Shown piece by piece: positions 15,501 to 30,100 of a stretch of 64,000 bases of DNA. The stretch comes from Lingula anatina (taxonomy: Eukaryota > Animalia > Brachiopoda), in assembly GCA_051362555.1 (NCBI GenBank), contig CM120643.1, positions 24,742,848-24,806,847 of the forward strand, read 5' to 3'. A program made the translations under genes and the position numbers. The first letter of the stretch is position 1. Every line of letters begins with the position of its first letter. The notes beneath the pieces were generated by a model that did no database searches, was not told the DNA's origin, and saw nothing but the letters and a program-made list of their open reading frames with translations.

Positions 15501-18500
15501 TCTTTTTAACGTCTGTGGACATTACTGAAGGCAGCGTGAAGGCCTTTTTTCTTTGAATCATAGGAGACCCTTCCTCATCTTTGTTGAAAGACCCATCAGT
15601 GCCTCCTTCTGTAAAATTATAAATCTGGCTTGATTTAAGTTCAGAATGTTCCATGTTATCTGCACCCATTACTTTAACAGTTTGATCACTGTCTCCATCG
15701 GCTACAATTTCCTCATTATTTGCACTAAATGTGACATGTTTGCTGTGCCTGTGTTGCAGACTGCTCTTCACCTCTTCAGTCTCATTAACAGCATGGCCCC
15801 CTTCACTGCTTGAATTATCGGATGCCTCCAAGGTCAGGTTTTCAGTCACAATCTCCATATGGCAAGAATCTCCTTGTATATTTTCCACTTTTTCTATGTG
15901 CCTCGTGTATTCTACACCATCATGCATAGAACCTGTGGTTCCCACTGTTCTGCTGTTATCACTTTTGGAAAAATTTGCATTCTGAGTCATTGCCTTATTT
16001 TCTTTCGTCTCAGATGAATTCTTTATCACATTTACAACTGTCGCCTCAGGGCTATCTTTCTTCAAATGCTGTCCACCAATGCCCACAGAATGCTCCCGAC
16101 TGTGCTGCAAGCTTCTCTGGAATTTTCTCTCTGGTTTTCGAGGGGGAATTCTTGTTGAGTTTTCTCCCTTTTGGTCTTTAACATGAACAGGGGCACTGAC
16201 TCTCCTAGTTATCACAACATTTTTCATAACTGGATCACTTGTTAAAAATTTATGTTCAGATATCACAGTATGCATCCCTGAGTTGTTGTCTTGTCTTGCA
16301 TAGGCGGCGCCCTCTAGTGTTGGTCTCACAGCATGCTGTTCCAAGATCAATTTTGTTGCAGAATCTCTTTTCAAATCATTTTCACAAACAGGAGTTTTGC
16401 TTCCTCTCCATTCCTTAGCGGCGGTTTCCACAACGTGTTCCACATTCACAGAAGTTGTCATTTTTGTGATCTCTTCTTCCTTACTTCTTTCTGCTAATTT
16501 TTTGTCTGCATCACAATCACGGGTGATTCCGTTCACATTAACCATAACTCTACTACCAGCAGTTTTTGAAAATGTTTCAGCTTGTGGATGAAGTTGCAGT
16601 GCTGCTTTATCCAATTCTACATCACTTCCTATATGAACCTCTGCTTCTGCATCATTACTCCATGGATTCCTATTCTCATCTTCCTCCTCCTCTTCTTCAA
16701 TTCCAGAATTCATCTCTGCTGATGACTTCCTGGACACAGCTTTAGAGGCATCCTTCAAGGTTTCTTTAGCTATGTTTCTGTCTCCTATCATTAACAAATA
16801 GGCACTCTGTCTCCTCAAGTCATCTGAGGCAGACTGTGCTTTTAATGTTTGTATGAGGTCACCAAGCAAATCAGTTTCGGACTCCTCAAGATGAAAACTG
16901 CTGCGTGATAAATTGGACAGGGGTCTTTCTCTCCTGTCCCTATGAGGTGCACTTTCTAAGGACGAGACCGATTCTAAGTCTTCAACTGGCTGCTTTGGAG
17001 CAGAAAGCCTCCCAACCTCAAAAGATTCCAGTGGTAGAGTTTCCAGATCTGGCAGTGAAAGTTAGTAAAGAAATAGTGCAAGATGAACATGAAAAGCAAG
17101 ATATAATAGTACAGCATGTACAATATGTTAACTGACTACATGGAGGTTGCATTACCCTGTGCACTATGGCACTATGCAGCTGAGCATCTGAGCTGCCCTC
17201 CTTGGAAAAGGGTGTGGTCAAATTATATGATAAATAAATAAATATAGGAATTTGCCACTGAAGTGTGATATTTAGATATCACCAATGGAGAAAGATTAGC
17301 TATAAGACAATACATTGAAATTCAGTGAAGTTAAGATTATAGATGCTTAGCTGCTATTGAGGGCAATTCACTACAGAATAGAGTATGTGGAGTGTGACAG
17401 CTAAAGAAATAACAGTGAAATGTGTTAAGAAGGAACTTGGATTATTTTTTTAAATACTGTTAAAAGAAAAACTGTCAGTAGAATAGATAAACTATATAAT
17501 GCAGTTGAGCAAGACACAAAAAGGTGACAAACATATACACACTACTAACACTTAATAAGACTTATACTACATTAAGCAGCCTTTAACTACATATCAACCT
17601 CAACATGTAGAACAGTGCAATGATTCAGTGTTAAACAGAAAAATAATGTGATGTTGCATTTAGTGTAATGGTGCTGACGACAGTTCAATTTGAATATTGC
17701 TGATTGTTGGATATAGTTGATAATATGCAGCTGTGGTAGATGTGATAGTATAGTCTGTCAAATAAGGTGCACTGTGCTATTGTGTTGGATGTGACGTATA
17801 GTCTGTCAAATAATGTGTACTGTGTTATTGTGTTAGATGTGACAAAGTGCTGAGCATGTGCAACAGAGCACAATGAATTAACAAATGTGTTAGCTGTGTC
17901 ACTGTCATTGTGTTAGGTGTAAATGTACATGCTGTCAAATAAGGTACAATGTGCTATTGTGTTTGATGTGACAGAGTGCTATGTTAATCACTGCCATATG
18001 TGGTGCTGTTTCTCATATCAACCTGCGATAGATATTGATATATACGCAGGAATTCGAGAAATGTTCCTCACCATCAATGTAGCATGTCCATCTTTCACTA
18101 AAATCACTGACCTTATTAAATGACCTTGACCTTACTATATGACCTAGACCTTACCTACAACAGACTGCGGTCTCATCTTTCTCATGTACATGCTCTGCCT
18201 TTTGCTTCGGACCTTGGGAGAGTCCTGCAAAACCAAAAAGCAGGTACTATACAGATATCGAAATTAACATTAAATCCTACCAAATAAATTTGCATTAGGA
18301 AATTCAAGATTACTTCTTTGCTATCTTTTTTTCCTTTAACATGGGGGAACATTGAGCCACAGAAGTGTTACAGGGTTTATTGTATGGATAATTGAACCAT
18401 AATGCTTCCTAATAATGAGAATCATTTTCAATGTCTCTTAACCACAAAGGACTTTACTGTCAGTTTTTAGGTTTTTTCAAAAAACCATCCACTTCAAATC

Positions 18501-20165
18501 CACTAAGTTTACTAATAAATATTAATATGACTCAAGGTGGAAATAACAGAATGCTAAAACACATTATCAACATTTCAAAAATACATATATTAAAAGATCA
18601 TTAGTATGGACAGTTAGTACTTAATGGGTGAAATAAAATGGAAAGCACATATTGTATATGCAACAATGTCCGATTTCTAAGCACTCTGTTACCTATAATG
18701 AAACGTTTTTTCATCTTAACTAACCTAGGATAATTTAGACACTCAGTATCACAATGATATAGAATGATATTTTGGTTCAGTCTGAACAAACACTTCACTC
18801 TTAGATGTCCCCCTTCCAGAATTCCTCCTACCCTACAAGTCCAGAAGTTCTCATATCTAATGTCTCTAATCACAAAGTATATACTTTTCAGGTATGTCAT
18901 AGGGAAATGTCAAAATCTGAATATTAAGTAATTAAAGCAAGAAATAGATAGGTCTAATATATATTTTTCTACACTTTGCCTTGATGAAGAATGGATGCTT
19001 AGTGCAAAATATTGTGAATCTGTGACCAAATGACATACCTGATGCATAATCTCCATTCAATACTTTATTCCTTTAAATACCCCTCCTCCCAACCCCAGTA
19101 TGTTTCTTCCTTCCCTCCTTATTTCAAATACTTACACCCCACGCTGGCCATGTGGGAAATAACAGAAGCTATAGGGTAAAAACAAGCAATACATGAGAAA
19201 CTATAGGCACATTTACACAACAGTGACATTTTTATACACAACTGGTTTAAAAAGTTAAAACATTGTTATCACAAAGACCATGCTACTCATATCTTTACTG
19301 GGGTAAACTAAGACATAAATAAACTAATGTCTACTTAGCAAATACATCATGCATATTTTACATTTAAAAATGTAACAATGATTTTAATAAAATGGATAAT
19401 TCTTGAACACAGTGTTCAAACATTTTCTACTTACTACATAACAGTTATTATAACAAAATTGTTGTTCTTTAAGACAATGCACTTTTTTTAGGATTCTGAG
19501 CATTCAAGTTTGTATAATATTCACGAACTGTTTTCTTTGTACTCTAAACCTTTCACAGGCAGCATGTTGTTCACAACAACAGAATATCAAACCAAAAGAC
19601 AGCAAGCCCCTCAACATCAACAAAACTTGTATCACCAACATTACAAATATTACATTAAAACAATGATGAAATCAAATGCCATGCAAAAAATCCTGATATC
19701 AGTTTTAAAACTAAAGAAGAGAAATATAAAAAAAAAGATTTATGGATGTTTTGATATGGGATATAGAGACCAAGATCCTTGATGTAAAAATTACAACCCC
19801 ACTATCAGTGATTCCTCTTTGGTATATCACAAAAGAATGATTTTGGTTTGTGATATTATTTTGAGTACTAGAAATACTATTCAAATTCTTATCAAAGAAT
19901 GATTATACTAAAATGTTGCTTCATCCATGATCTTTCGATTAATGAGTTTTCAACAGAGATATTTTTATGAATTAACTGAATATTAAAATCCCCTTTTCAT
20001 ATTATTTTAGTTATACTTTGCTAATAATGATATAAAACTTTAACATGCAAAAGTCCAAATTGTATTTTAGATAAGAAAATGGAATACAATAATAAACAAA
20101 ATACGTAAATAAGTAAAAAACAAAGCCATCTCTTTCACACCTTCACTACACAATAAATAAAATAA

Positions 20166-20232
<67 letters not shown>

Positions 20233-23200
20233 AATACTCTGGCCAGGCACCTTCACATCCATGCAGTCATACACATGGTGCTATGATGTACAATAAAAGT
20301 AATGTGCCACCACGTCATATTACCACCTATGACACTTGATATGGAAAAAGATAGGCTTCGCTCTACTTGATCCATTTTGGTTTATGTAATTATTATAGTT
20401 ATTGTGCAAATATCAGTAACTGTTTAACAACATTTAACTGAGTGCCCTGTTGTACCTCATTTTTCCATATCATATGTCTTCCCTTCCAAGGTGCTTCTAA
20501 TTGTTGACTCTACACCCAAAGAGTCATTTGCCAAAAAAAGTTCAAATCAAACACCTACAAAAAAAAAGCTGCATCCCCCAGTTCCTGCCTCATACTGCTT
20601 AATATCCAACATATATACCACTGTTGAAGGATTTTCTTTTTTAAATCCTTGTTTAATTTCACCTGGTAGTCCCTACGGTAAAATGTTCAACCAAATGCCA
20701 ATAATAAAAAGATACCCTTCACAAAGATACCCCACCTTTTCCCACCAACGAAAACAGTGGCACTATACCAGTACATACCCCAGGCGAAGGTTTCTCTTTC
20801 TCTTCCCTGTCAATGGTAAACTGTTCCTTCTCGCTGCTCTCTCCATCCTGCTTCTCCTCTTGCTGGACCTTCTCAGGCAGCGCCCTCTGCAGGCTCTTCC
20901 GTGTATTCAAATGATTGGTCTGCAATGAAACACATACAGCAATGTAAAGATGTGATCTCATCAGGAATAACTTAAGAAACAAACCAACTGACATCAATGA
21001 GGATTTATCAAATGGTAAGGTTCTTATGTATTGAGGGGACCAGTTTTATACAGTCATGATAAAAAAGTAGCAATCATCATACCAATTTCATTTGCAAAAT
21101 TTGCATGTGAATATAAAACAGATTTGATCAAAATTCCCATCACAAAAAAGTATTAATTGATGGTGATGCTAAATAGTCTATGTCTAGAGTCTAATAAGCA
21201 TTTGGTCGAAACATACAAAGGACTTCAACAAGTCTCTCTCGCTGTTGCTCTCAGATTTTCATCTAACAGTATAAGTGCATATAATTCCCAAATTAACCAA
21301 TCTAATACCAGACAGTTTGCTTGATTCTGTTAGATGTGATTGATACAATGTGCTGATTGTGACAAAATCTCACCAATGTTTTCTGAGTTGTTCCCAATGC
21401 TTCTATCACTTGGTCCACCATCCTGTCAGAGATGTAGGCTGCCACTGACAGGTTCAGTTCACTACCAGGCAAAATACAAATATCATCTTAGACATGTGAG
21501 CGATAATACAATGGATAAATCATCAAAGCAATTATAATATTGTGTAAAGTTGACGTTAAGGAGTTTGTGAGCAATAAGTTGAATTTGTTCTTGGACATTT
21601 TGTGCTGCCAACTGGTAGTCCATTGAACTGTAAGGGGTATTATTCAACATTTTTCATCTTTTCTTGAGTTTTTTGAATAAACACTTATGTAACTTATGTA
21701 TATATACTACTCAGTAAAAGCACCCTGTCTACCATAACCTAATTTACGATTCACATCCCAATCAGTGCTGGTGCACATTTTGGATAGCAATGACAGTTAT
21801 AAAACCATTATGATAACAGATTTAAATAGAACTGAAGTATTTGCTTTGAAAATTAATAATCAATAAATAAATAAACATAGGTTATCATTAACATCAAAGA
21901 ACAAACCTTATTTTATTGAGGACGTCTGTTCCCACTTGGTCCATGATAAGAATCTTGGTGAAATCTTTGGGGAACTGGCTCCTCTCTGTGCTCCCCTCCT
22001 CCAGCTCTTCCTTCACTGTCTCACTGTCTAACACCCCAGGACACTGCTCCTTGGCACAGCTCAACATCTCAGTGACTGTACCCTGAAAATACAGGGGAAT
22101 TTAGAGCTCTATATTGAACAAACAGTTACTGTACCCTGAAAATGCAGGGGAATTTAGAACAATGTACACTGTGACCAAGTGTTACTGTTTATTAAAAAAA
22201 TTACTGTGCCCTGGAAATTGAGGGGAATTTAGAACAATATACTACACTGTCCCATATATCACTTACTGCATACTGAGAGAAGAAACCAAATGGTGACATG
22301 TCTCATATCAAATACGGAGTTTCGGTGCCATGTAAATTCTGGGAAATTTCAAAAATGTATGCTGTGACAAGTTTCACTGTATCATATATTGTATATGATT
22401 GTATGATTTTGTACGTGTGTACATGAGTTTATATCACAAAAAATAATAATAATAAACATAAAAATTAAAAATCAATAAATAAACTCAAAAGTTCCTCACC
22501 TGGTCATTGGCATTCACTGTCCCATAACATATAATAGATATACCAAGTACTATACTTACCTTCATCTGCTCCTCCACCAGATCTCCCAGTTCCTGTGTTA
22601 TAGACTGCAGTTTGGCCTGGACTGGGTTCCCCTCTGCTTCTTGACTCAGAGCTATCTCCTGAAGCTTTGGGAGAAGCTGGAAAATTGTAAGGGTAATATC
22701 AAATAAAAGTCAATTACTTAAAATCTTAATGCTGCTAATCTGTGCTTATAGAAACCATACTGCAGCATACCATAATATACCACAGTATACCATAATATAC
22801 CACAGTATACCATAATCATATCACATACCACATGGTGTCGTATCAATCCAAACCATATCATAGTATACCATACCACATCACATGATAACAGTACCACACT
22901 AAACATAATTATAACTGTTGTCCTTCCATAACATACCACACCATACCATTCCACTTCCTTCTATCTTGTACCATAAAATACTGTGGCACACTTGACTATA
23001 TTATGCTATACTGTACTAACTGCATATCAAACTGTAATTTCATTAATTTCTTGATTTTTATGTCTGATTCAGCAATGAATCCATGTATATTATACTGTTA
23101 CATTTCATTTCTGTGTACCACATCTGATCAAAAAACATACCATACCAGGTCATATTATGCCACACCACACCACACCAAACCACAATACACCACTTCCTTA

Positions 23201-26200
23201 TATCAGATACCATGGCATACCACACCATACCACTTCCTTACATGCTATATAATACCATACCATACCATACCATTTCCTTCTATTGTATACCACTCCATAC
23301 CATACCATACCATTTCCTTCTACTGTATACCACTCCATACCATACCACACCATTTCCTTCTACTGTATACCACTCCATACCATACCACACCATTTCCTTC
23401 TACTGTATACCACTCCATACCATACCACACCACTTCCTTCCATCCTAAACCAAACTGAACCACACACAATACTGTACCTGTTTAGAGTTGTCAGCATCAG
23501 TGATGTACTGCTGTCCACTCTGAATGTCTGCCCTGAACTCATCACTAGAACTCATGTTCAGGGCATTGATGGTATCCTGCAGGTGTACTACTAGCTTGTC
23601 CACCATCTAAACCAGAAATCAATGGCACTGAATCATTATCTATATGAAGGATATATACAGGTTTTTATACTAAGAGAACTTCATAACTATATTGTGGTAT
23701 CTTGAAGACTGAATACAAGACTGCTTTTAATCTCAAACAAAAATGTGATATTATATTAAGAAATCAAGATTTAGAGTATTACAATGTGACATCAATTTCT
23801 TTTTTATCATGTAATCATGATACGTTCTGACATTGGGATATGAGAAAGATGGCAGTATCAGCACACCTGCTGTGTAGAACTGATCAGGAATCCCTGCTGT
23901 AGTCTGAAAGCCTGTTCACTGGCAAATTTCCTAGGACTGTGATTTCTCTGCAAGAGTCTTTCAATCTGAAAAACATTATATAATAATAATAATGATGATG
24001 ATGATGATAATAATAATAACAATAATTATAAAAAATATTAATACATGTATATATAATAATATATGGCATATACATATAAGAATGATCTTTAGACTAAATA
24101 TTATCATCTCTTTTATAACGATACATGAATGAACAGACACATATTACTTGATGGGAGAGGGACAAACTTTAAAATTATATTATCTTCAATACTATCATAA
24201 AGTACCATTCACAAATCGATGTAAAACTCACAGTCTGCAGTGCTTTTTCTGTTCTGTCTGGTGTGACCTTCAGGGCAGCTGCAGCATCATGGAAAGGAGC
24301 AGGCATCTTACGCACTGTGTAGTTCCTAGGGTAGACAGACAGTGGCACAATAACACTTGTAAAACAATTCTCTTCAAGAAAATACACAAAGAACCCACAA
24401 TAATCTTTAGGATAAGGGGATACAATTATGATTTTGACTGACGATCATCAATATTCTGCTGAAATGACTGTGTGAGCTGAATTCTATCCTGTTACATGGT
24501 GTTCACACTTTCACCCCCCCCCCCCCCAACCCTGCCTCTCATCTTTTTAAACCATCCTCTTGGTGACATCATGGACAAAAAATATTGAATGCAGAAAGAA
24601 CCTGATACTATCACAGTTAGTAAGCATAACCCAGCCAGTGTAACTCTACTAAAATATCTAAGGGAGACACTTCCAATTATGCTCCATAACCTACTTTTGC
24701 AAAGCAGCTGCTATGTCTTCAAATCCTTGCACAGTTGTGTTGTTCTTGTCCCAGACTAAAGCCGTCAGCTTCGTGTTGATCTGTAGTGCTTTGGCCAACA
24801 TCCTGGCACCAAAGTCACCCATATTGTTGCCACTAAAACAGAGAATGGAAACTGTAAGGTCAAACTACCATCACATTTTGCTCAAACACTTGGAATGATT
24901 AGCTTAGTAAACAACAATAACTGTAAAATTTAGATCTTTCGCTTATTATTAAGTTTTTGACTTTCTGTAATTTATTCATATTTCACAGGCTTTAACAGTT
25001 TTCTGTCAACATTGAAGATGTCTTTGACATACAACATCATCCTATTCCATGTATGACCACAACATACCAGCAAAAACAAATTAAAAATTATTTTTTAAAT
25101 GATACACGAATACCAGTCTGGACTCATTTTAATTATAGTAAAAAGCAAATTTCAGATCCTCACTACACATACAGTATTCTGCTTGATAAAGAACATAAAG
25201 CATCAAATGACATTCTGTAAAGTATGCAATGATCTTGTTCAAAAGTTTGATTTGTCAAAAAATGTTCCAGTTAATCTGGCCAATCTTTTTTTGCTAAACA
25301 ATTCTCAGTGAACAGTGGTCAGTAAACAGTGGTCAGTGAGCAAAGTTCAGTAAACAGTGGTCAGTGCCAGTGTACCTGATATCCAGTGTCTTGAGGGTGC
25401 TGTTGCTGCCCAAGGCATTGATAATGACTGCTGTATCTAGCTTGAGTTTGGAGTCTGCCAGAGAAAGACTTTCTATTGGCTGGAAGAGGAAACACAATAT
25501 CAATCATTTAACAGGTGAAAAATACACAATTCATAGACAAATTAAAACTTTCTTCCATTTTTAAGTAGGTTTAACCCAATCTAAGCTACATGTAATATTT
25601 GTAACAAGAATGTTGTGTTATGTTTATTGGCAATAAACTGAAGCACAGATGATAATGTTGCAGTGTTTATTAATCTTTCATTCTCTCTTTATTTTTTTGC
25701 TCCAAAAACTATTTATTACAAGCACTACATCAAAAAACTCTGGCAATAGGCACTCACTGATTCTTCTTCCTGTATGACTTGCACCACAGAGTCCAGCACC
25801 TGGTGCATATATCTGGAATATAGGATACTCAGGGTACATGTCTGTATTATTAATATAGGATAGTCAGGATGCATCTGTATTATCAATACAGGATAATCAG
25901 GGTGCATGTCTGTATAATCAATATAGGGCACTCAGGGTACATCTGTATTATCAATATGTTATAATCGGGGTATATGTCTGTATTATCAATACTGGATACT
26001 CAGGGTGCATGTCTGTATTATCAATATAGGATAATCAAGGTACATGTCTGCATTATCAACATAGGATACTCAGGGTACTTGTCTGTATTTACACTGCCTG
26101 ATGTAGGATATTATCAAGTATAGAGGGGTGGGAGGGGAGGAGGGCTGGGATAGGTACAAAAATGATTTTTTCCTCGTCTTAATGGAGGAGATTATTGAGG

Positions 26201-27156
26201 AAAGATGTTGGAAATACAAATAGAAACCCTCTGATATATTAGAAAGTTAGGAGTTTAAATCACTGACTGATACCATCAGATGTCGAATAAAGACAAAAGA
26301 CAGACAGGATAGGTAAGAGCTTACTTTGGCTTCACACTGTTGAAGTTCTTCCCAATAGCCAAATGTTTTATGCTACGGTTCCTTTGAATCCAGCGGCAAA
26401 CTCTCTCTATGTCTTGGTCAAAATCTGAAGAAAAACAAACATACGAGTAAAGGTAATAAGTCTAAGAACACATCCTGTCATGGATGTGACACTGCCATGT
26501 GCCACTTTACCAGTTGCACTAACATGCGTATGTCCATGAGGCTACTACAGATGTACCATTATTACAAACTTTACATTACTATGGCTGTGTCACAGCCAGA
26601 GATGCGACTGTGTAAAATCTGACACTGCTATACGTACAAAGTAGCACTGTGGCTAGGACACCATTATAGAATACACATAAATGCAACACTGAAAGTTACA
26701 TGTATGATTTACATTTAAATGTAATTTTTTAATTAAATAAAAGTAAAAAAACAACTAAATTCAATTTAAAATATGGTTTCTTACTGTTATCACTGATATC
26801 TAGGCTAGTAATATTTGGAATGTCTGCTATACAGCTCTCTATCATGGTAGCACCAGGGGAGCGTAAATCATTGCAGCTGAGGTCTAAATGAACATCTGAC
26901 AAATTTTTGTTGACACCAATACCTAACAGTAGAGACCTGAAAATAAACAAAGTAACAATCCAGTCAGAAGTGTTTTGAAAAAGTATATGAAAGTGAAAAA
27001 GAATGGAAAATAATGAACCCAGTAACCCTTGTGATGCAGTGTTACTGTACTTTAAATATTTTGTGTTGTAGCTTGAATCCTTTTAAAGCATTTGAATATG
27101 ATCACAGTAAATATTTGATGAATATTTTATAATCTCAAAATTGGTTTAGACATATG

Positions 27157-27187
<31 letters not shown>

Positions 27188-30100
27188 CTACATGACACCT
27201 ACTTGAGAGCCTCTGGTGGCAGCTTGCAGTCTGACATGTTCAGATATTTCAGGGAGATTGCACTAGCAAAGAACTGCTTCCAGGTAATAGGCACTTGCAC
27301 ATCCTTGCTGCGTTTGTAGCTGTAGCTGTTGTGTGCCAAGTTTAGCGTGACCAGGTTTTGACAACAACCTCTCAGAAGAGCCCCCATTACCTGAAGATAA
27401 AAATGAAAGGTTTTTCATCATCTCTTGTGCAATGATGTTAAAAATGAGCTCACTTCCAATTAGACTCAACACGTTTTCCCACCTTTGAGGCAGGACATGC
27501 CAACCCTTCTTTAAAGGGCATTCAGTACATAATCCAAAGCTCACACTGACAACAAGTCATGTGATCAAGTCCCCAAAACAACATTAGACAGAAAACACAT
27601 TAATTTTAAGAATTAACTTTTACCCTTAAAATATAACAAATGTTTTTGCTACTGAAGTTTATTTCTATATATTTAATCTTACCAGTTCTAGGGCAACCTC
27701 TGTGCTTGACAGGTCTAGATGAATTATAGCATTGGGCTGAGCCAGGAAGTTGTAAAGATTCTGAAAGGGAAAGATTGAATATCCATATAGCTATTGTATT
27801 GTATTATATTTTCAAATGCTAAAAGCAGCATCAATTTCTTTCAGAACTGTCAAGTTTATTTTGATAACTCCTGGGATCAGATGGTAACTCTAATTTTTTG
27901 CTAATATTTAACAAATAAATATAGGTTAACACATAAGGACAAAAAAGTCTGTAAATTTCAGTTGAAAATGCAGATGCTCAAAATCCTAGCACAACTATTT
28001 GCAATTAAAAAAAGCTTACTGTAACTTCCTCTCCTTTGAATGAGTTCTCAGCCAACAGAAGATATGTGAGATTGGTTGGCATGAACTTGTTTGAACTCAG
28101 AGCCTCAGCCAGGCGGTTGGCCCCCTTAGCGGTCATCCCGGTCTTAGCCAGGTTCAGGTAGGTCAGTCCCTTGGGCAGCTTACTGACTGGTCCACACAGG
28201 TGATTGATACCTGGAATTATTGACTTTGATTAACTGATGCTGCAGTGACATATTGTGCAAATAACATAATTATGTCAGGTACTGCTGCTTCTTCAATTTG
28301 TAAGCTATTACCCCTATTTGAATAAACACTGGGCTCTGTGCTTTTGGATTTTTTTTTTCACATTGCACTGATAATGGGTAACTTCTCTGCTAGTCAGGGG
28401 TTACTAGAATAACAGATTCTGATGTCTGTATTCTACAAAGCAGGGCAGACCATAGGTAAATTTGCATAACAATAACAGGTCTAAAAACTTGAAACAGAAC
28501 TTGATGGAAAACATACTCACATCTCTAATTTATATATATATAATGTCCCCTACATGAGCACTTACCTCTGTCTTCAATGGGATTGTTTGACAAATCTAAC
28601 ATGGTCAGGGATGTCCCACTATTGGCAATTATTGCTACAGAAAGCTTCTGGACAAAGTCACTGAAAAAAATGACAAAGGGGGAGAGAATTTAAACACAAA
28701 TCAGACAATTTTATCAAAAGAGCCAAAAAGGCTTAAAGGTCTCTTGCTGTGTCCCCAGACTGAATCTTAAAGAGACGGTGCAGACCTTTTCAAAAAAAAA
28801 AAAAAAAAAAAAAACAGGGTTCTTTCAATCCCCATCTATTGTCATTGTTATGCTTTAAATCTAACATATTTCCAAAAGTCAATTTCTCACCCTTTCAGGC
28901 CCACACTGCTAAGATACAGCTCTTCTATACATGTGTTCTTCCTCATCACCTTCAGTACTTCTACTTGAGCTTCAGGGACCTGGAAACATCAGTTGTGCAG
29001 AAAGGCCTTATTGAGAGAGCTGGAAAGTTTCTTTTCAAGCCTTATAAATAATCTTCACTGTGTGTGCGTGTATGTGTGTGTGTGCAGCTGCACACATGCA
29101 TGCCTGTTCTTGTAAAGACACCTCCATGTAACTGTTTCTTAAGGCAAAAAGTTACCATAGCTTCCAGCTTATGTAACAAGGTAGTATGAATTTAAAAACA
29201 TCTTCCACCATTTTACTTCTCACACTATTGCTTCTCATATACTCGGACTTCAACTTAGTTTGCTGAACTATAATTTCTGAATCAGTCATTTGGCTGATAA
29301 CAAAAATTATACTTATATTTCTTACCAGTTTAGTGTTGGAAGCATTCAGCTTGGTAAACCAGGAGTTGTGCTCCAGTGCAGAGATAATAGGAACTAAATC
29401 TCTGAAGTTACAAAAATATATAAATATGATGTATATATAATATACTGTATATTGTATATACAAATATGATATTTTATTTATTTTGTTATGTATTTTCAGT
29501 GACTTGATATTGTGTTTGTTGTCAAGTTTTTTAAAACTTTTGGTGACAAAATCCAACACACTGCCACTTTGAACACAACTAACACAATGTCACAATCCAC
29601 AAATATCGCAACCAGGGCTCATCTTTGACTTGAAATTTCCCAAGATAATCTAGCAAAGCAAACATCTGATCAACATCAATGATTAATATGTTTTAAAAAG
29701 TTTGCACTTATCACCATATAATTATTTAATATTACTTTACCAAATTAAAATGTTTTTAAAGCATCTGGCAAGAATTCACTGTGACAAACATGTCTCCATG
29801 CCTTACCTACCTGTTGTCTATATGGTCAAAGTCACACAGTGTCAGCTCCTTGCTATCCTGGGACAAGTAGATGGTATCTACATCCTGAAATCATATAAAA
29901 CTAGTGATGAGTGCAATTCTAGCAAACTGCATTGTCAACAGCACATAGTCCACCCAGAATACCACTCAAATTGCACAGAATTCTGCTTAGACAGCTGAAT
30001 TCTCATTCAGAATGAGAGCTCCAAGACCAGTCTTTCATAAAGGCAAATTTTCAGCAGTGGTATACATGCGTATATACCATACAACTGTATATACACATAA

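Noticed and set aside
21487-21627. Possible alternative terminal CARMIL exon (acceptor ccccttacag at ~21627, open for ~46 codons)
   Set aside because: No similarity to CARMIL and intron-like composition; the conserved exon at 21374-21461 already satisfies the phase.
23003-23594. ORFs with YHTIP/PYHT repeats
   Set aside because: Translations of the 40-bp minisatellite and pentamer repeats.
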